64,000 nucleotides of DNA from Alphaproteobacteria bacterium (GTDB lineage: Bacteria > Pseudomonadota > Alphaproteobacteria > JAAXGF01), in contig CAUVXB020000002.1 of the NCBI GenBank assembly GCA_963555825.3, positions 2,304,001-2,368,000 on the forward strand, read 5' to 3'. A model generated the notes under the pieces. It had not been told where the DNA came from. It saw only the letters and a list, made by a program, of their open reading frames with translations, and did not search any database. Made by a program: the position numbers and the translations under genes. This document shows, in pieces, positions 1 to 10,940 of the stretch. How positions within the stretch are numbered: the first letter of the stretch is position 1; every line of letters starts with the position of its first letter.

Positions 1-154
1 CCTCGCCCTTCTCTTTGCTTTCCTCAAACTCTCATTGCGCGTTGGTTGAGGAAGGCAGGAAGGTTGGCGGCATGGCGTGTCTGCGTTCTTCGCCACCGGG
101 TCTTGCGCCGGCCAACCAAGGTGGATGTGTGTCACCTCGGCCGGTTAGCTGTGA

Positions 155-481
155 TCACAGGGCCGCGTCGTTTGCGTCGGCAATGGCAATGATGACGTCG
201 TCGAGGCTGCCCCTCGCGCTCATGAGGGTGTTTTCCAAATGGAGAAGCCGGTGGCGGAGCCCGGCGCGGTCGTCGCGGGACGGATTGCCGGGCAGGCGCA
301 TGATCGCGTTCCGCAGTTCGGCGAAGCGTTCAGCCAGATCTTTCATGTGGCCGGCAGCCTCGCGTGCGCCGGTCCGTGCTTCCGGCAGGAACCCGCCGGG
401 ATCGGACCGGCATCCCGCCACTGTGTTGAAATCGTCTTCGTCGCGTGGGGCTGTGAGGGTATCGAGCATGCGGGCCTCCAT
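155..481 (-). CDS. hypothetical protein (108 aa, helical/coiled-coil-like)
   Basis: ATG ORF with protein-like composition, co-oriented with neighbouring minus-strand ORFs; no recognised domain. Confidence 0.45.
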   Translation of the reverse strand: MEARMLDTLTAPRDEDDFNTVAGCRSDPGGFLPEARTGAREAAGHMKDLAERFAELRNAIMRLPGNPSRDDRAGLRHRLLHLENTLMSARGSLDDVIIAIADANDAAL

Positions 482-801
482 GGGTGCAAAGCAGGGTGGC
501 GGGGACGCCGGGGGAAGTGACTCCCACCGGTTATCCCCTGAATCACCCCGGCTGAGCGGTCCTCTGACTCTGTGTGCCGCGCCGCGAGGCGGGGAGGATC
601 ATGTCGGGTCCATGTTGCCGGGCACACATATATAGAGTCCTCGGGAAGCACGCGAAACGTCGCGACGCATTTCCCAAATATGGCGGTTTGGACGGTTCGT
701 GCAGGTGAGCCGCGCAAGGCGCAAAGGCGCAAATTCCCGGAAGCGTGCGCAGCGTGCGGCAACGAGCTTTCGGACGCCCGCGCCGGATACCGGGCGGTGC
801 T

Positions 802-1590
802 CTACATATCCGGGATCAGTTCCACCTGGTCTCGGGAAAGCTTGGCGAAGGCCAGGCACATCACCACATCTTCCCACCGGTCCCATGTCCCGTGATTCGC
901 GCCGGTGGCGATCTCGATGACCGTAACTCGAGGTGGCAGAACCGGCAGGCCGCGATGCTCGCCCGAACGCGCCCAGGACCGGCGGGCGCACGGGGGACAC
1001 CGGGACGCGCCCTGGGATGGTGCGCCGCAGTCTGAACAAAGCCGCCGGGCGCGCCGCCGGGCGTAGCGCTGGCGGCTTCTTGCATTCTTCGCCTTTTTTC
1101 TTGAGCGTTTGGCCGCGCTCCTGGCGCACCGGTCGCAGCGTGCGGCATCACTGGGCGCCGGCGTACCGCACCGGCCGCACAAACCGGCGGCCCTCCGCGT
1201 GGCATATTGTTCCCGCTCCCTGTCACGCCGTGCCACGTGGCACGGTTCGCACACCGTGCCCCCTTCAATGGGTGGATGTGTGCCGCAGCGCGTGCACGTG
1301 CGAGCGTCCCGCCGTGCCCGATCGCGCCGCCTGCCCCTGTCACGCGCAAACGCGCGGCACCGTTCCGCGTCTCTGCCGCAGTATGGTATGCCAGCCGCCT
1401 TGGCCTTCGCGCATCTTGCGCGCTCGGCCTTGCGACGCTTTTCGCCACAGTGCCGGCACAAGGTCCGATCGGGCGCGGGCCTCGCCTTCCCGCACCTCGG
1501 ACACATGCCGCGGGCGGTCCGCTCAGCGGTAATGCGTTCATAACGGCGGCGCCCGCATGCGCGTTCTTTCTCGGGATCTTTGTATGGCAT
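802..1590 (-). CDS. Cys/Arg-rich protein with four CxxC..CxxC repeat units (putative Zn-binding)
   Basis: CPRC..CRHC, CTRC..CEPC, CGRC..CDRC, CSDC..CPPC units separated by Arg-rich segments; purine-rich RBS (GGAAGGAAGGAAC) before the ATG. Confidence 0.65.
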   Translation of the reverse strand: MPYKDPEKERACGRRRYERITAERTARGMCPRCGKARPAPDRTLCRHCGEKRRKAERARCAKAKAAGIPYCGRDAERCRAFARDRGRRRDRARRDARTCTRCGTHPPIEGGTVCEPCHVARRDREREQYATRRAAGLCGRCGTPAPSDAARCDRCARSAAKRSRKKAKNARSRQRYARRRARRLCSDCGAPSQGASRCPPCARRSWARSGEHRGLPVLPPRVTVIEIATGANHGTWDRWEDVVMCLAFAKLSRDQVELIPDM

Positions 1591-1671
1591 GTTCCTTCCT
1601 TCCGCGGTTGTAGTCCTGACGAAGGACGTCCGGCCGGCGAAGCCCGGCCGGACGTCCCCGGCGACCGCAGG

Positions 1672-1995
1672 TCAGCGATACTTGCCGTTCACGAACAAGC
1701 CCGTCGCGCGATCCCCCCAATATTGAACGCCGAGGGTGGTGCAGTTTACGCCCGTGCAGATGATGATCTCGTCGCGCTCGGGCCTCATCCGCTGGACGGT
1801 GCTCAGGGAGACGATCTCGCGGGAAGCCTTGCCCCGGCCCTTCTTCGATGACCCATTGCGGCGCCGGGGGCGGATCTCGCCGTCGGCTTTCGACTGGAAC
1901 CGCTCAATCACGTAACGGTCGTCATCGAGGCCCGGGCCGAACAAATGAGTGAGGAAAGTGTGCGTGCTGCGGCGAAGCGTTGTGGCCATCTGCAT
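1672..1995 (-). CDS. hypothetical protein
   Basis: ORF from MQMATT after a GGAG RBS-like motif; no recognised domain. Confidence 0.4.
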   Translation of the reverse strand: MQMATTLRRSTHTFLTHLFGPGLDDDRYVIERFQSKADGEIRPRRRNGSSKKGRGKASREIVSLSTVQRMRPERDEIIICTGVNCTTLGVQYWGDRATGLFVNGKYR

Positions 1996-2286
1996 CGTGT
2001 CGTCTCCCGTGGGTTTGTGGTTGCGAACGGCGGGGGCGCTCTCTCGAGTGTCCATCCGCCGCCCGCCTCCCGGCCAAGCTCGAACTCTTTGCGGCGCGCA
2101 GCTCGCAAAGGAAACCGCGACGAAGAGTGTCGTCGCGGTGGGCTGCGGCACGGGTTTCGAGTGTCGGAAGGGATGGGTGTCTTGACTGGCGTGTGCGGGT
2201 GCAGGCTTGTTGCGATGCCTGCATCCATGCCATCGAAGAACAAGAGAATGTCAGATCACTTTGCGCCTATATCCTTTGTAGTAATA

Positions 2287-3457
2287 CCAGTGAGCCTATG
2301 AAATCACCTTCATGATCCATGGATAGGCGCAGAGGGTTCGCATACGATCCGGTTCTGCGATGAGGTCGATCCATGCTTGGCAACAGGCGTCGATGATGGC
2401 CTCGGTGTCGTCGAGGACGCGGAGCGATAGGAAGCGTTCGCGTAGGTAGAGCCAAACCCGCTCGACGGGGTTGAGTTCGGGACTGTAAGGCGGCAACAGC
2501 GCCAAGGTGACGTTGTCGGGGACGGTGAGGGCGCGCTCGTCGTGCCAACCGGCGCCGTCGCACATCATGACGGCGTGCGCATCCTGGTCCAGGGTATCGG
2601 CGAAGTGTGCGAGAAACAGGTCCATGACCTTGGCGTTGACGCTCGGCATCACCAGGGTGACGTCGTCGCCGGTGTCCGGGCGCACGGCGGAGAAGATGTA
2701 GGCCCACTGGTAGCCGATTTGACGCGTCCCGGGGGCACGCTCGCCCCTGCGCCACCACCGGTGACACACCCGGCCCTTGTTGCCGACGCGCGCTTCATCC
2801 TGAAACCACAGCTGTAGGCGCTTGTCGGGATGCGCCGCGGCGGTCGCCTTCAGGATGTCGCGAAGCCCCCTTTTTTGAAGCGCTCCTGCGCTTCGGCGTC
2901 CCTTCGCGGGTGGCTCGGGCGCGCCTTCTGGCGGGAAAATCCCATCCGCCGTAGAACCCGGGTCATGCTCGAGGGGTGGTAGGTCTTGGCGAAGCGCTCC
3001 TCCAGCCAGCGGCACAGATCGGCCCGGGTCCAGGCGCAAACCCCGTCGCGCTCAGGCTCCGGCCCGGCGATGATGACCGCCGCCAGCGCCGCTTCCTCGT
3101 CTGCCGTCAGCCGCCGCGGCGAGTAGCCCTTTGGACGGTCGTGAAGCCCCTCCAATCCCTTTGCATTGTAACGAACAACCGCGTCGCGAAGCGTTTGGCG
3201 ATCCATCCCCGCAAGCCGCGCGGCATCAGCCCGGGGCATCTCCTCCAAAGCATTCGCGATCCCATAGGCCCGCGCCGCCGCTCGACCGTACGATTCCACG
3301 CGAGCCCAGCGCCGAAGCTCCAAAGGCGTCAAATCATCCCGTATCTTGAGTGCTGATCCCATGACATCCCCCACATCTGGTGGGAGACCATAGAATCACA
3401 ATCCGCCATCATCCGCCATCAATGAATATCCCGAGAGTCAATTCAGGCGCTCACTGG
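2287..3457 (-). mobile_element. IS630-family insertion sequence (two-ORF, frameshift type)
   Basis: Terminal IRs CCAGTGAGC / GCTCACTGG, each flanked by TA (2285-2286, 3458-3459). Confidence 0.9.
2296..3362 (-). CDS. IS630 transposase, expressed by probable -1 frameshift
   Basis: HTH orfA (2850-3362) plus DDE orfB (QDEAR, CDGAGWH, LPPYSPELNPVE); slippery A6G5 run at 2866-2876 on the minus strand. Confidence 0.88.
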
Positions 3458-3617
3458 TATAAGCCATAAGCAGACTCACTGCGCTCGGCAAATAGGTGGC
3501 CGCATTGTGGGATGGCGCTCAACATGTTACAATACAACAAATGCGAGTGAATCGCACATCGGATTTCGGCTGTATTGTGCTGTGGGAAGAATATTCGAAG
3601 GGGAAGGAGGTCGTCCC

Positions 3618-4262
3618 ATGCGCAATCGATCCCTGTCACTCGTGTGTGCCACTAGCTTGCTATGTTTAGCGTCACTCGCCCACGCCGACGAAGGTTGGTA
3701 TGTAAGCGGCCAGGCCGGCGCCAGCATCCTCACCAGCTCGGAAATCGATGAGCCCACCGGAGTTCTCGATGCAATTGGCACGGAAATCGACTTCGATGTC
3801 GGTTATGGCCTCTCCGGCGCTGTCGGTTATCACTGGGGATTGTTCCGGGTCGAAGGCGAGATCAATTACGCCGAGAGCGACATCAACGAGTTCGAGATTG
3901 TAGGCATCGGGGTTAGCGGTAGCGGTGACGTGAACTCGCTCGGGTTCATGGCGAACGCCTTCAAGGACTTCGAGATCAGCGATGGTTGGCAGTTCTATCT
4001 CGGTGGTGGAATCGGCTACGCGATCGTATCGATCAACGACGCTAGTATTTTGGACATCCCATTGGCGGACGACGATGATTCGGTCTTTGCCTATCAACTA
4101 GGTACTGGTATCGGCTACCAGATTTCCCCAGAGACAACGTTTTCGCTCGACTATCGGTACTTTGCAACGGCTGATCCCGAGTTCAATGACGTGGATGGGT
4201 TGCCGTACGAAGCTGAATATGACAGCCACATCATTCGAATCGGCGTGAGAGTCAATTTTTAG
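3618..4262 (+). CDS. outer membrane beta-barrel protein (OmpA-like/opacity-type small barrel)
   Basis: RBS GGAGG, signal peptide ending LAHA, FAYQLGTGIGY and YLGGGIG strands, C-terminal Phe. Confidence 0.85.
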   Translation: MRNRSLSLVCATSLLCLASLAHADEGWYVSGQAGASILTSSEIDEPTGVLDAIGTEIDFDVGYGLSGAVGYHWGLFRVEGEINYAESDINEFEIVGIGVSGSGDVNSLGFMANAFKDFEISDGWQFYLGGGIGYAIVSINDASILDIPLADDDDSVFAYQLGTGIGYQISPETTFSLDYRYFATADPEFNDVDGLPYEAEYDSHIIRIGVRVNF

Positions 4263-4419
4263 TCGGAGCGAATTTGCATCGTCTGCCGATGGCTGTTGTT
4301 CGGACGATCGGGATTGTCCTGATTGGGACAAAAGGCGACGATGTGACAGCGCTCTCGAATATTCCGCTCTGCGCCGGAAAGCCGTTTTAGAGCACACGCC
4401 CGATGTGCCGCGCCGCCGG

Positions 4420-5375
4420 CTAGCCCCGACCGCGGTTGTCCGACGGGCCTTCGTGGCTGAACACGTCGGCGGCGACCGGCCGGGTCCGCCGGTTGGCGAT
4501 GCGTTCGCGGTGCAGTAGGTAGAGGCCGCACAGCACGAGCGCGGTCGCGCCGATCATGACGATCCCGCTCGGCACCTCGCCCCAGAACAGCCAGCCGAAC
4601 AGGCCCGCCCAGGCGATGCCGGTATATTCAAACGGCGCGACCAGTGACGGCGCGCCGACCGTGAACGCCATGGCCATGGCATAGAGCGCGGCCGCGGCGA
4701 TCACGCCGATGGCGACGAAGATCCACCATTCGCCGTCGCCCGGCACGGTCCAATGGAACGGCGCGATGGCGCCGTTCACGACGATGAAGGTGAGCAGCGT
4801 GTACAGCGTCATGGTGCCGGCGCTGTCGGTGCGGCCGATGATGCGCGACAGGATCATGGTGAGCGCGAAGAAGAAGTTGGAGACGATGAGCATCGCCCCG
4901 GCGGTGGGGTCGACGTCGCTGCCCGGCTGGAGCATGAACAGGACCGCCGCGAACCCCGCGAGCGTCGCCAGCCAGCGGCGCAGGCCGACCGGTTCGCGCA
5001 ACAGCGGGATCGAAAGGACGGTGATGAAAAGCGGGCCGGCGGAGATGATCGCGAAGGTGCTGACCAGGGGCTGGCGGGGCAGCGCCGCCGCGTGAACAGC
5101 CCGATCGCCACGCAGCCGAGCACGCCGCGCAGAAGGTTCAGCCCGAGCCGTCCGGTGCGAAGTTGCGTCGTGCCGCTGGTCGCGATCAGAAAACCGCCGA
5201 CCACCGTCGCCGCGACGATGCTGCGCAACACCATAATCTGGGCGACGCCATAGGTCTCGGCGAGGTTCTTGGCGAGTGCGTCGTGCAGCGCCCACAAGCC
5301 GACCGCGGCGAGCATCATGGCGATGGCGTAGACCGGACGGTCGGCCCCGACCGGGCGGGCGGCGGGACTGGTCAT
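4420..5375 (-). pseudogene. DMT/EamA family transporter, frameshifted near 5090
   Basis: N-terminal TM half (MTSP..GLFT) and C-terminal half (PLVSTFAII..APFEYTGIAW) lie in different frames; could be a sequencing indel. Confidence 0.8.
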
Positions 5376-5592
5376 CCATCTCTCCAAACCAACCGAATGC
5401 GTGAATTTGCGCGCGGCCATCGTCGCTCATTTGTGCGCCGTTGTTCAAGGCGAACCTTGCGAAAATGCCGCCGGTCAATGGGTGCAGAACGACTGAAAAA
5501 CACGAAATTACCTTGAGTCGCGACTCGAAGTCGCGTATGCAAGTTATTCTGATGCGAGACTCTTTTGTGTCACCAGCCGGTCAGACCACAAC

Positions 5593-6213
5593 ATGTTGAA
5601 TATGCCGCGACGCCGTCACTACGGCGTCATTTACGCCGACCCGCCCTGGACCTTCGCGACCTACAGCGCCAAGGGCAAGGGCCGCAGCCCCGAGGCGCAT
5701 TACAATTGCATGAGCTTCGACGACATCTGCGACATCCCGGTTGCCGACTGGGCGGCGCCCGACGCGGTGCTGCTTCTATGGGTCACCGACCCGTTGCTGC
5801 CCAAGGGCCTCGAGCTGATCGAGCGTTGGGGTTTCACGTACAAGACGGTCGGCTTCTATTGGGCCAAGCGCAACCGCGTCAGCGAGGGCTGGTTCACCGG
5901 CCTTGGCTATTGGACGCGCGCCAATCCCGAGCAGTGCCTGTTGGCGACGCGTGGCCATCCGCAACGCCAAGCCAAGGACGTCCGGCGTCTGGTCGTCGCG
6001 CCCCGGCGCGAGCACAGCCGAAAGCCCGACGAGGTCTATGACCGTATCGAGCGCCTGACGCCCGGCCCCTACCTCGAGATGTTCGCGCGCAAGCGCCACG
6101 CCGGCTGGGACGCCTGGGGCAATCAGGCCGGCCTATTCGACCGCGGCCCCGTCACGACGCGCCGCTGGGCCTCCGACCTCGCGCGCGAAGAGCAGCGGGC
6201 GCCGCGGCCCTGA
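5593..6213 (+). CDS. MT-A70 family N6-adenine methyltransferase
   Basis: YADPPW catalytic motif, LLLWVT, EQCLLATRG, REHSRKP, YLEMFAR, GWDAWGNQ. Confidence 0.92.
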   Translation: MLNMPRRRHYGVIYADPPWTFATYSAKGKGRSPEAHYNCMSFDDICDIPVADWAAPDAVLLLWVTDPLLPKGLELIERWGFTYKTVGFYWAKRNRVSEGWFTGLGYWTRANPEQCLLATRGHPQRQAKDVRRLVVAPRREHSRKPDEVYDRIERLTPGPYLEMFARKRHAGWDAWGNQAGLFDRGPVTTRRWASDLAREEQRAPRP

Positions 6214-6356
6214 CGACAAGCGCGCGCGACGTAACACGCGCTATGAACATATGGCGATCGTCCTACGCCCCCAGTTGGAGTTGGTTTAGGATCCACCTCC
6301 GGTCGTGACTACGGTCTGCGTCGACGGTAGATCCTTGCGCGACGTGTTCATATTAA

Positions 6357-7998
6357 CCCGCATTCCCCAAGTGACCGATCCATCTGATGCGGTTTCCGTC
6401 TGATTCCTGTATAAGAATCAGTGGATTAGATCAGACGGAGGGTGGGTCGAATGCGGAACCTGGAGGGTGAGTCGGATCGGGGGCTTCTGCGGGCGTTTTT
6501 CGACCGAAGACTGAAGTTCGAGTTCCACGGTTCGCGGATCACGTCAGACGCTGGTCTGCTCGCCTATCGTGAACTGGACGAAGCCCTCGGCCTGACCACG
6601 CTGGCCGGTGACGTTATTGCTGACAGCCGGACCGGCAAGAACGGTTGGCACGGCATCATCGGTCTCCTTCGCCAATCCGTCTATGGTCGTCTCGCCGGGT
6701 ACGAGGACGTGAACGACGCCGACCGGCTGGGGCGCGATCCTGCGATGCGGTGGATCGTCGGCGGCAGGGCTGTCGAGCGCGGCGGCGCATCGACCAGCCA
6801 GATGGGCCGGTTCGAGACGGAGTTACTCGCCACCAATGACAACCTCGCTGCGCTCGCTGACCTTTTGGGCATCTGGATCGACCAGGTTAACGAGCGCAAG
6901 CCGCCGAAGATTATCGTGCTCGACATGGACAGCTCCGTCAGCCCGACCTACGGTGACCAGGAGGGCACGGCCTACAACGGTCACTTCGGCTGCACGTGCT
7001 ATCACCCGCTGTTCGTGTTCAACCAGTTCGGCGATCTGGAGCGTTGCGCCCTGCGTCCGGGCAACGTGCACAGCGCCCATGAATGGCGCGATGTGTTGGA
7101 CCCGGTGGTCGCTCGATACCGGGACAAGACACTCCGGCGTTATTTCCGTGGTGACGCCGCCTTCGCCTCGCCCGAGGTTTATGAGTTTCTGGAAGCGGAA
7201 GGCTTCAAGTACGCCATCCGGCTTCCGGCCAACAAGGTGCTGCACGACAGCATCGCGCACCTGCTCAAGCGCCCCGTCGGTCGGCCGCCGAAGGAAGTTC
7301 GTCGGTATTACGCGAACTTCAGCTATCGGGCCGGTAGCTGGACGGAGCCCCGCCGGGTCGTCGCCAAGGTGGAGTGGCACTCAGGGGAACTGTATCCCCG
7401 CGTCGGCTTCATCGTCACCAACCTGAGCCGTCCTGCCGAGCGGGTTGTTGCGTTCTACAATCAGCGCGGCACTGCCGAGCAATGGATCAAGGAAGGCAAG
7501 AACGCCATCAAGTGGACGCGGCTGTCATGCCGTTCGTTACGCAACAATGCCGTCCGGCTCCAGCTGCATGCACTCGCCTATAACCTCGGCAACTTCATGC
7601 GTACCCTGGCGTTGCCCGATGCCGTGGAGCAATGGTCGCTGACGACGCTGAGGGAGAAGCTGGTCAAGATCGGTGCGAAAGTTGTCAGCCATGGCCGGTA
7701 CGTCACATTTCAATTGGCCGAGGTTGCAGTCACCAGAAGCTTGTTCCAGAAAATCTTGAGCCTGATTGATGATCTACGACGAAGACCCGCTCCGGCGTAG
7801 GCCGAGGGAATCGACGGCAAGGAGATTGCGACACGAGAGGTGTGTCTGGATGGCAAGAGAAACGACCAAATGGCCTTCCACGCGCTGGCCGATTACCAAA
7901 ATCATGTCATCGGATGGCTGCAATGGGAACAGAGTTCCCTTGGAGATGGGGCCGTGGTACGATTTCCGCGAATTTGGATATCATCTGGGGAATGTCGG
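6357..7998 (+). mobile_element. IS1380-family IS, copy A1
   Basis: IRs CCCGCATTCCCCA / TGGGGAATGTCGG; 5-bp direct repeat ATTAA at 6352-6356 and 7999-8003. Confidence 0.93.
6442..7800 (+). CDS. IS1380 family transposase
   Basis: ITSDAGL, LDMDSS, FRGDAAF, FYNQRGTAEQWIKEGK motifs. Confidence 0.95.
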   Translation: MGRMRNLEGESDRGLLRAFFDRRLKFEFHGSRITSDAGLLAYRELDEALGLTTLAGDVIADSRTGKNGWHGIIGLLRQSVYGRLAGYEDVNDADRLGRDPAMRWIVGGRAVERGGASTSQMGRFETELLATNDNLAALADLLGIWIDQVNERKPPKIIVLDMDSSVSPTYGDQEGTAYNGHFGCTCYHPLFVFNQFGDLERCALRPGNVHSAHEWRDVLDPVVARYRDKTLRRYFRGDAAFASPEVYEFLEAEGFKYAIRLPANKVLHDSIAHLLKRPVGRPPKEVRRYYANFSYRAGSWTEPRRVVAKVEWHSGELYPRVGFIVTNLSRPAERVVAFYNQRGTAEQWIKEGKNAIKWTRLSCRSLRNNAVRLQLHALAYNLGNFMRTLALPDAVEQWSLTTLREKLVKIGAKVVSHGRYVTFQLAEVAVTRSLFQKILSLIDDLRRRPAPA

Positions 7999-8025
7999 AT
8001 TAATGATCCCCGAGGGAGGTGACCA

Positions 8026-8529
8026 ATGAGGCTTCCGATCGCGATCGCATCCGCCATGGTTGCGATCTTCTTAACCACCGGCGCGGCCCAGGCGCAAACC
8101 GCTAGCGCCAGTCTGATGAACGCCGACGGCCAGAGCGTCGGTTTGGTCGGCCTGAAGCAGACGCCGAATGGCGTGCTGCTATCGGCCAGTTTGTGGAACC
8201 TGGCGCCCGGCGCGCACGCGTTTCACGTCCACGCCGTCGGCAAATGCGACGCACCCTTCAAGTCGGCCGGCGGGCACTTCAACCCGAAGGGCAAGAAGCA
8301 CGGCATCACCCGCAAGGGCGGCATGCATGCTGGCGACATGCCGAACGTTCACGTCCATGCTAACGGCACGCTGACAATCGAGGTTCTGAACAAGAGGCTG
8401 GCGCTCGACGACGCGCTGTTCGACGCCGACGGCGCGGCCATCGTCATGCACGCCGGCGCCGACGACTACAAGTCCGACCCGGCCGGCGCCGCGGGGCCGC
8501 GCATCGCCTGTGGGGTCATCGAACGCTGA
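8026..8529 (+). CDS. sodC: periplasmic Cu/Zn superoxide dismutase, copy 1
   Basis: Signal peptide; HAFHVH, SAGGHFNP, HAGDMPN, MHAGADD, RIACGVI; RBS GGAGG. Confidence 0.95.
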   Translation: MRLPIAIASAMVAIFLTTGAAQAQTASASLMNADGQSVGLVGLKQTPNGVLLSASLWNLAPGAHAFHVHAVGKCDAPFKSAGGHFNPKGKKHGITRKGGMHAGDMPNVHVHANGTLTIEVLNKRLALDDALFDADGAAIVMHAGADDYKSDPAGAAGPRIACGVIER

Positions 8530-8553
8530 ACGGCTGAGACGACCAAATAACCA

Positions 8554-8682
8554 ATGACCGGGCCCGACGACGGATCACGATTTTCGCGTGGCGTGTCGCT
8601 CGGCCTCGCGGCCGGTGGGCTGCTCGTCGCTGGTGCCTTGCTGCTGCTCTGCTTGGTATTGCGGGCAAAATTCGCGGGCTGA
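8554..8682 (+). CDS. small single-TM hypothetical protein (42 aa)
   Basis: ATG..TGA frame encoding one long hydrophobic stretch, directly after sodC; below the ORF-track length cutoff. Confidence 0.35.
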   Translation: MTGPDDGSRFSRGVSLGLAAGGLLVAGALLLLCLVLRAKFAG

Positions 8683-9621
8683 CCGCAGAGCCGGGAGGGA
8701 CGGGTGTCAATGGCGGAGCAAAAAGGGACCACCTCGGCGGTGTAAGAAGGGACCGCTTGGCGGCTGCGGGCTTGTCCCCGTAGTCCACGGGAGGGCCCCG
8801 CGCGCGACGCGGCGTGCCCTCAACAGGCTGACGCGGCGGCGCGCGCGGGAGGGACCTGTGGGCCCACGGGGTCAAGCGTGGGCTGGGTGGTCGGTTCAGT
8901 TAGCAGTCGGGGTTTGACGCCTGCGGCTCTGGTTGAGCCTGTAGCTGTCACCGTTCATCTCGAGGATGTTGACGTGGTGGGTGAGGCGATCGAGGAGCGC
9001 GCCGGTGAGGCGCTCGGAGCCGAACACCTCGGTCCATTCGTCGAAGGGCAGATTGGTGGTGACCAGGGTCGAGCCCCGCTCGTAGCGTTGGCTGAACACC
9101 TCGAACAACAGCTCGGCGCCGGTCTTCGACAGCGGCACGAAGCCGAGTTCGTCGACGATCAGAAGCTTGTAGGTGGCGAGCTTCTTCTGGAACCTCAGCA
9201 GCTGCTTGTCATCGCGGGCCTCGATGAGTTCGTGGACCAGCGCGGCGGCGGTGATGAAGCCGACCGAGAGGCCCTTCTGGCAGGCCGCCAGGCCGAGACC
9301 GAGGGCGATGTGGGTCTTGCCGGTCCCACTGTTGCCGAGCGCGATGAGGTTCTCGCGGCGCTCGATGTACTCGCAGCGGGCCAGCTCCAGGACCAGCGCC
9401 TTGTTGAGCGAGGGGATGACCTTGAAGTCGAAGCTGTCGAGGCTCTTGACCACGGGGAAGCGCGCCGCCTTGATGCGCCGCTCGACCATGCGGCGCTCGC
9501 GGTCGATCAGCTCGAGCTCGGCGAGTCTCAACAGGTAGCGGACGTGATCGACGCCTTCCGAGGCGCACTGCCGGGCGATCTTGTCGTGTATCGCACCCGG
9601 TTCCTTGGACACAAGTTTGTC

Positions 9622-10533
9622 TCATGCGGCGGGCCTGAGTGACATCGCGGTGTGCCACGCCTGACGAGCTTGAGCGGGGCTCAGGTAGCCGTTCTTCTCC
9701 ACGATCCACTGGGCATTGTACTGTTCGACGAACCCGCGGACGGCGTTCCGCAGCTCCGCGATGTTGCGGTAGATGCGGCCATGGATGATCTGTTCCTTGA
9801 GCGTGCGATTGAACCTCTCGGCGACGCCGTTGGTCTGGGGCTGTTCGACGAAGGCGTAGGACGGCTGGATGCCCCAGAACTTGATCTGGTTGGTGAAGTG
9901 GTCCGACAGATACTGGGAGCCGTGATCCATCCGCAAGGCCAGCCCCCGCGCCGCACCGGCGGAGGTCGAGGCATACAGCCTCGCAAGCCCCATGGAGATC
10001 GGCTGAAGGGCGGCGAAGCGGTCGCCTCGCTTGCACACATGCCAGCCGACGCACTCGGCGTTCCAATGCTCGATGGCGGTGAATATCCAGCCCCAGCCGT
10101 CGTCCACCGTGAACACCCGAACGCCGTCCGTGCCCCACATGAGGTTGGGGGCATGGGTGATGATCTCACCGACATGGGGATTTCCGCCACGGCGGCGGCA
10201 GCGATGGGGCGAGAGCAGGTTGTTCTCGCGCATCACCCGGAGCCCCCGCTTGCGGGAAACACGGATGCCACGACAGACCCGAAGCCGAGCCCAGACCTTG
10301 CGGTGTCCCTCGCCCTCCCAGGGGGATGCCTCCAGGTCGGCCTCGATGGCCACCAGCAGAGCCTCGTCCGAGATCGAGGGCTTCGGTCCCCGGCGCTTTG
10401 CTGGTGGGCGCTCAGCGGTGGCCTGCTGCCGGGATTTCATGGCGTAGAACGAGGAACGGGCAAAACCCCAGGCCGCACAGACCCGCTGGAGGCCGTAGGC
10501 CAAACCCGTGCCGGGAGAGGTGGCGGCACTCAT
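9622..10533 (-). CDS. rve-type DDE transposase (orfB)
   Basis: WGTDG, RMDHGSQY, NGVAERFNRTLKE; overlaps orfA stop by ATGA. Confidence 0.9.
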   Translation of the reverse strand: MSAATSPGTGLAYGLQRVCAAWGFARSSFYAMKSRQQATAERPPAKRRGPKPSISDEALLVAIEADLEASPWEGEGHRKVWARLRVCRGIRVSRKRGLRVMRENNLLSPHRCRRRGGNPHVGEIITHAPNLMWGTDGVRVFTVDDGWGWIFTAIEHWNAECVGWHVCKRGDRFAALQPISMGLARLYASTSAGAARGLALRMDHGSQYLSDHFTNQIKFWGIQPSYAFVEQPQTNGVAERFNRTLKEQIIHGRIYRNIAELRNAVRGFVEQYNAQWIVEKNGYLSPAQARQAWHTAMSLRPAA

Positions 10534-10940
10534 CGCCGCGACCTCCGCCGCCCCAAAGGGCCGGACGTCTCCGTCTTGGCCTCCAGCAGTTCCACCTGCA
10601 TGATCAACTCCCCGATCCGCTTCATGGCGATGTCCAGTTCCGCCTTCACCGGATCGCCCTTGCGTTCCTTGAGCGAGGCATCGATCCCGGCGATCGCCTT
10701 CTCACGCCACTGCTCGAGCCGGAAAATCTCCACGCCCAACTGCCGCGACAAAAGTTCCACCGGCTCGCCACGCAAAAGCCGCAGGGCAACCTCACGCTTG
10801 CGCGTCACCGTCCACCGCTGGCCAAGTCCCAGCGGGCCTGCCGGCGAAACCTGGCCCGGGGAAAACGTGGACGAGCCAAGCTCGCCCTCGTTTACCACAG
10901 GCCCATCAACAGCAACTTTGTTCTCAAAATTGTCGGTCAT
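10530..10940 (-). CDS. IS orfA HTH protein
   Basis: RWTVTRKREVALRLLRGE HTH followed by a coiled-coil; lies inside the IRs. Confidence 0.85.
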   Translation of the reverse strand: MTDNFENKVAVDGPVVNEGELGSSTFSPGQVSPAGPLGLGQRWTVTRKREVALRLLRGEPVELLSRQLGVEIFRLEQWREKAIAGIDASLKERKGDPVKAELDIAMKRIGELIMQVELLEAKTETSGPLGRRRSRR

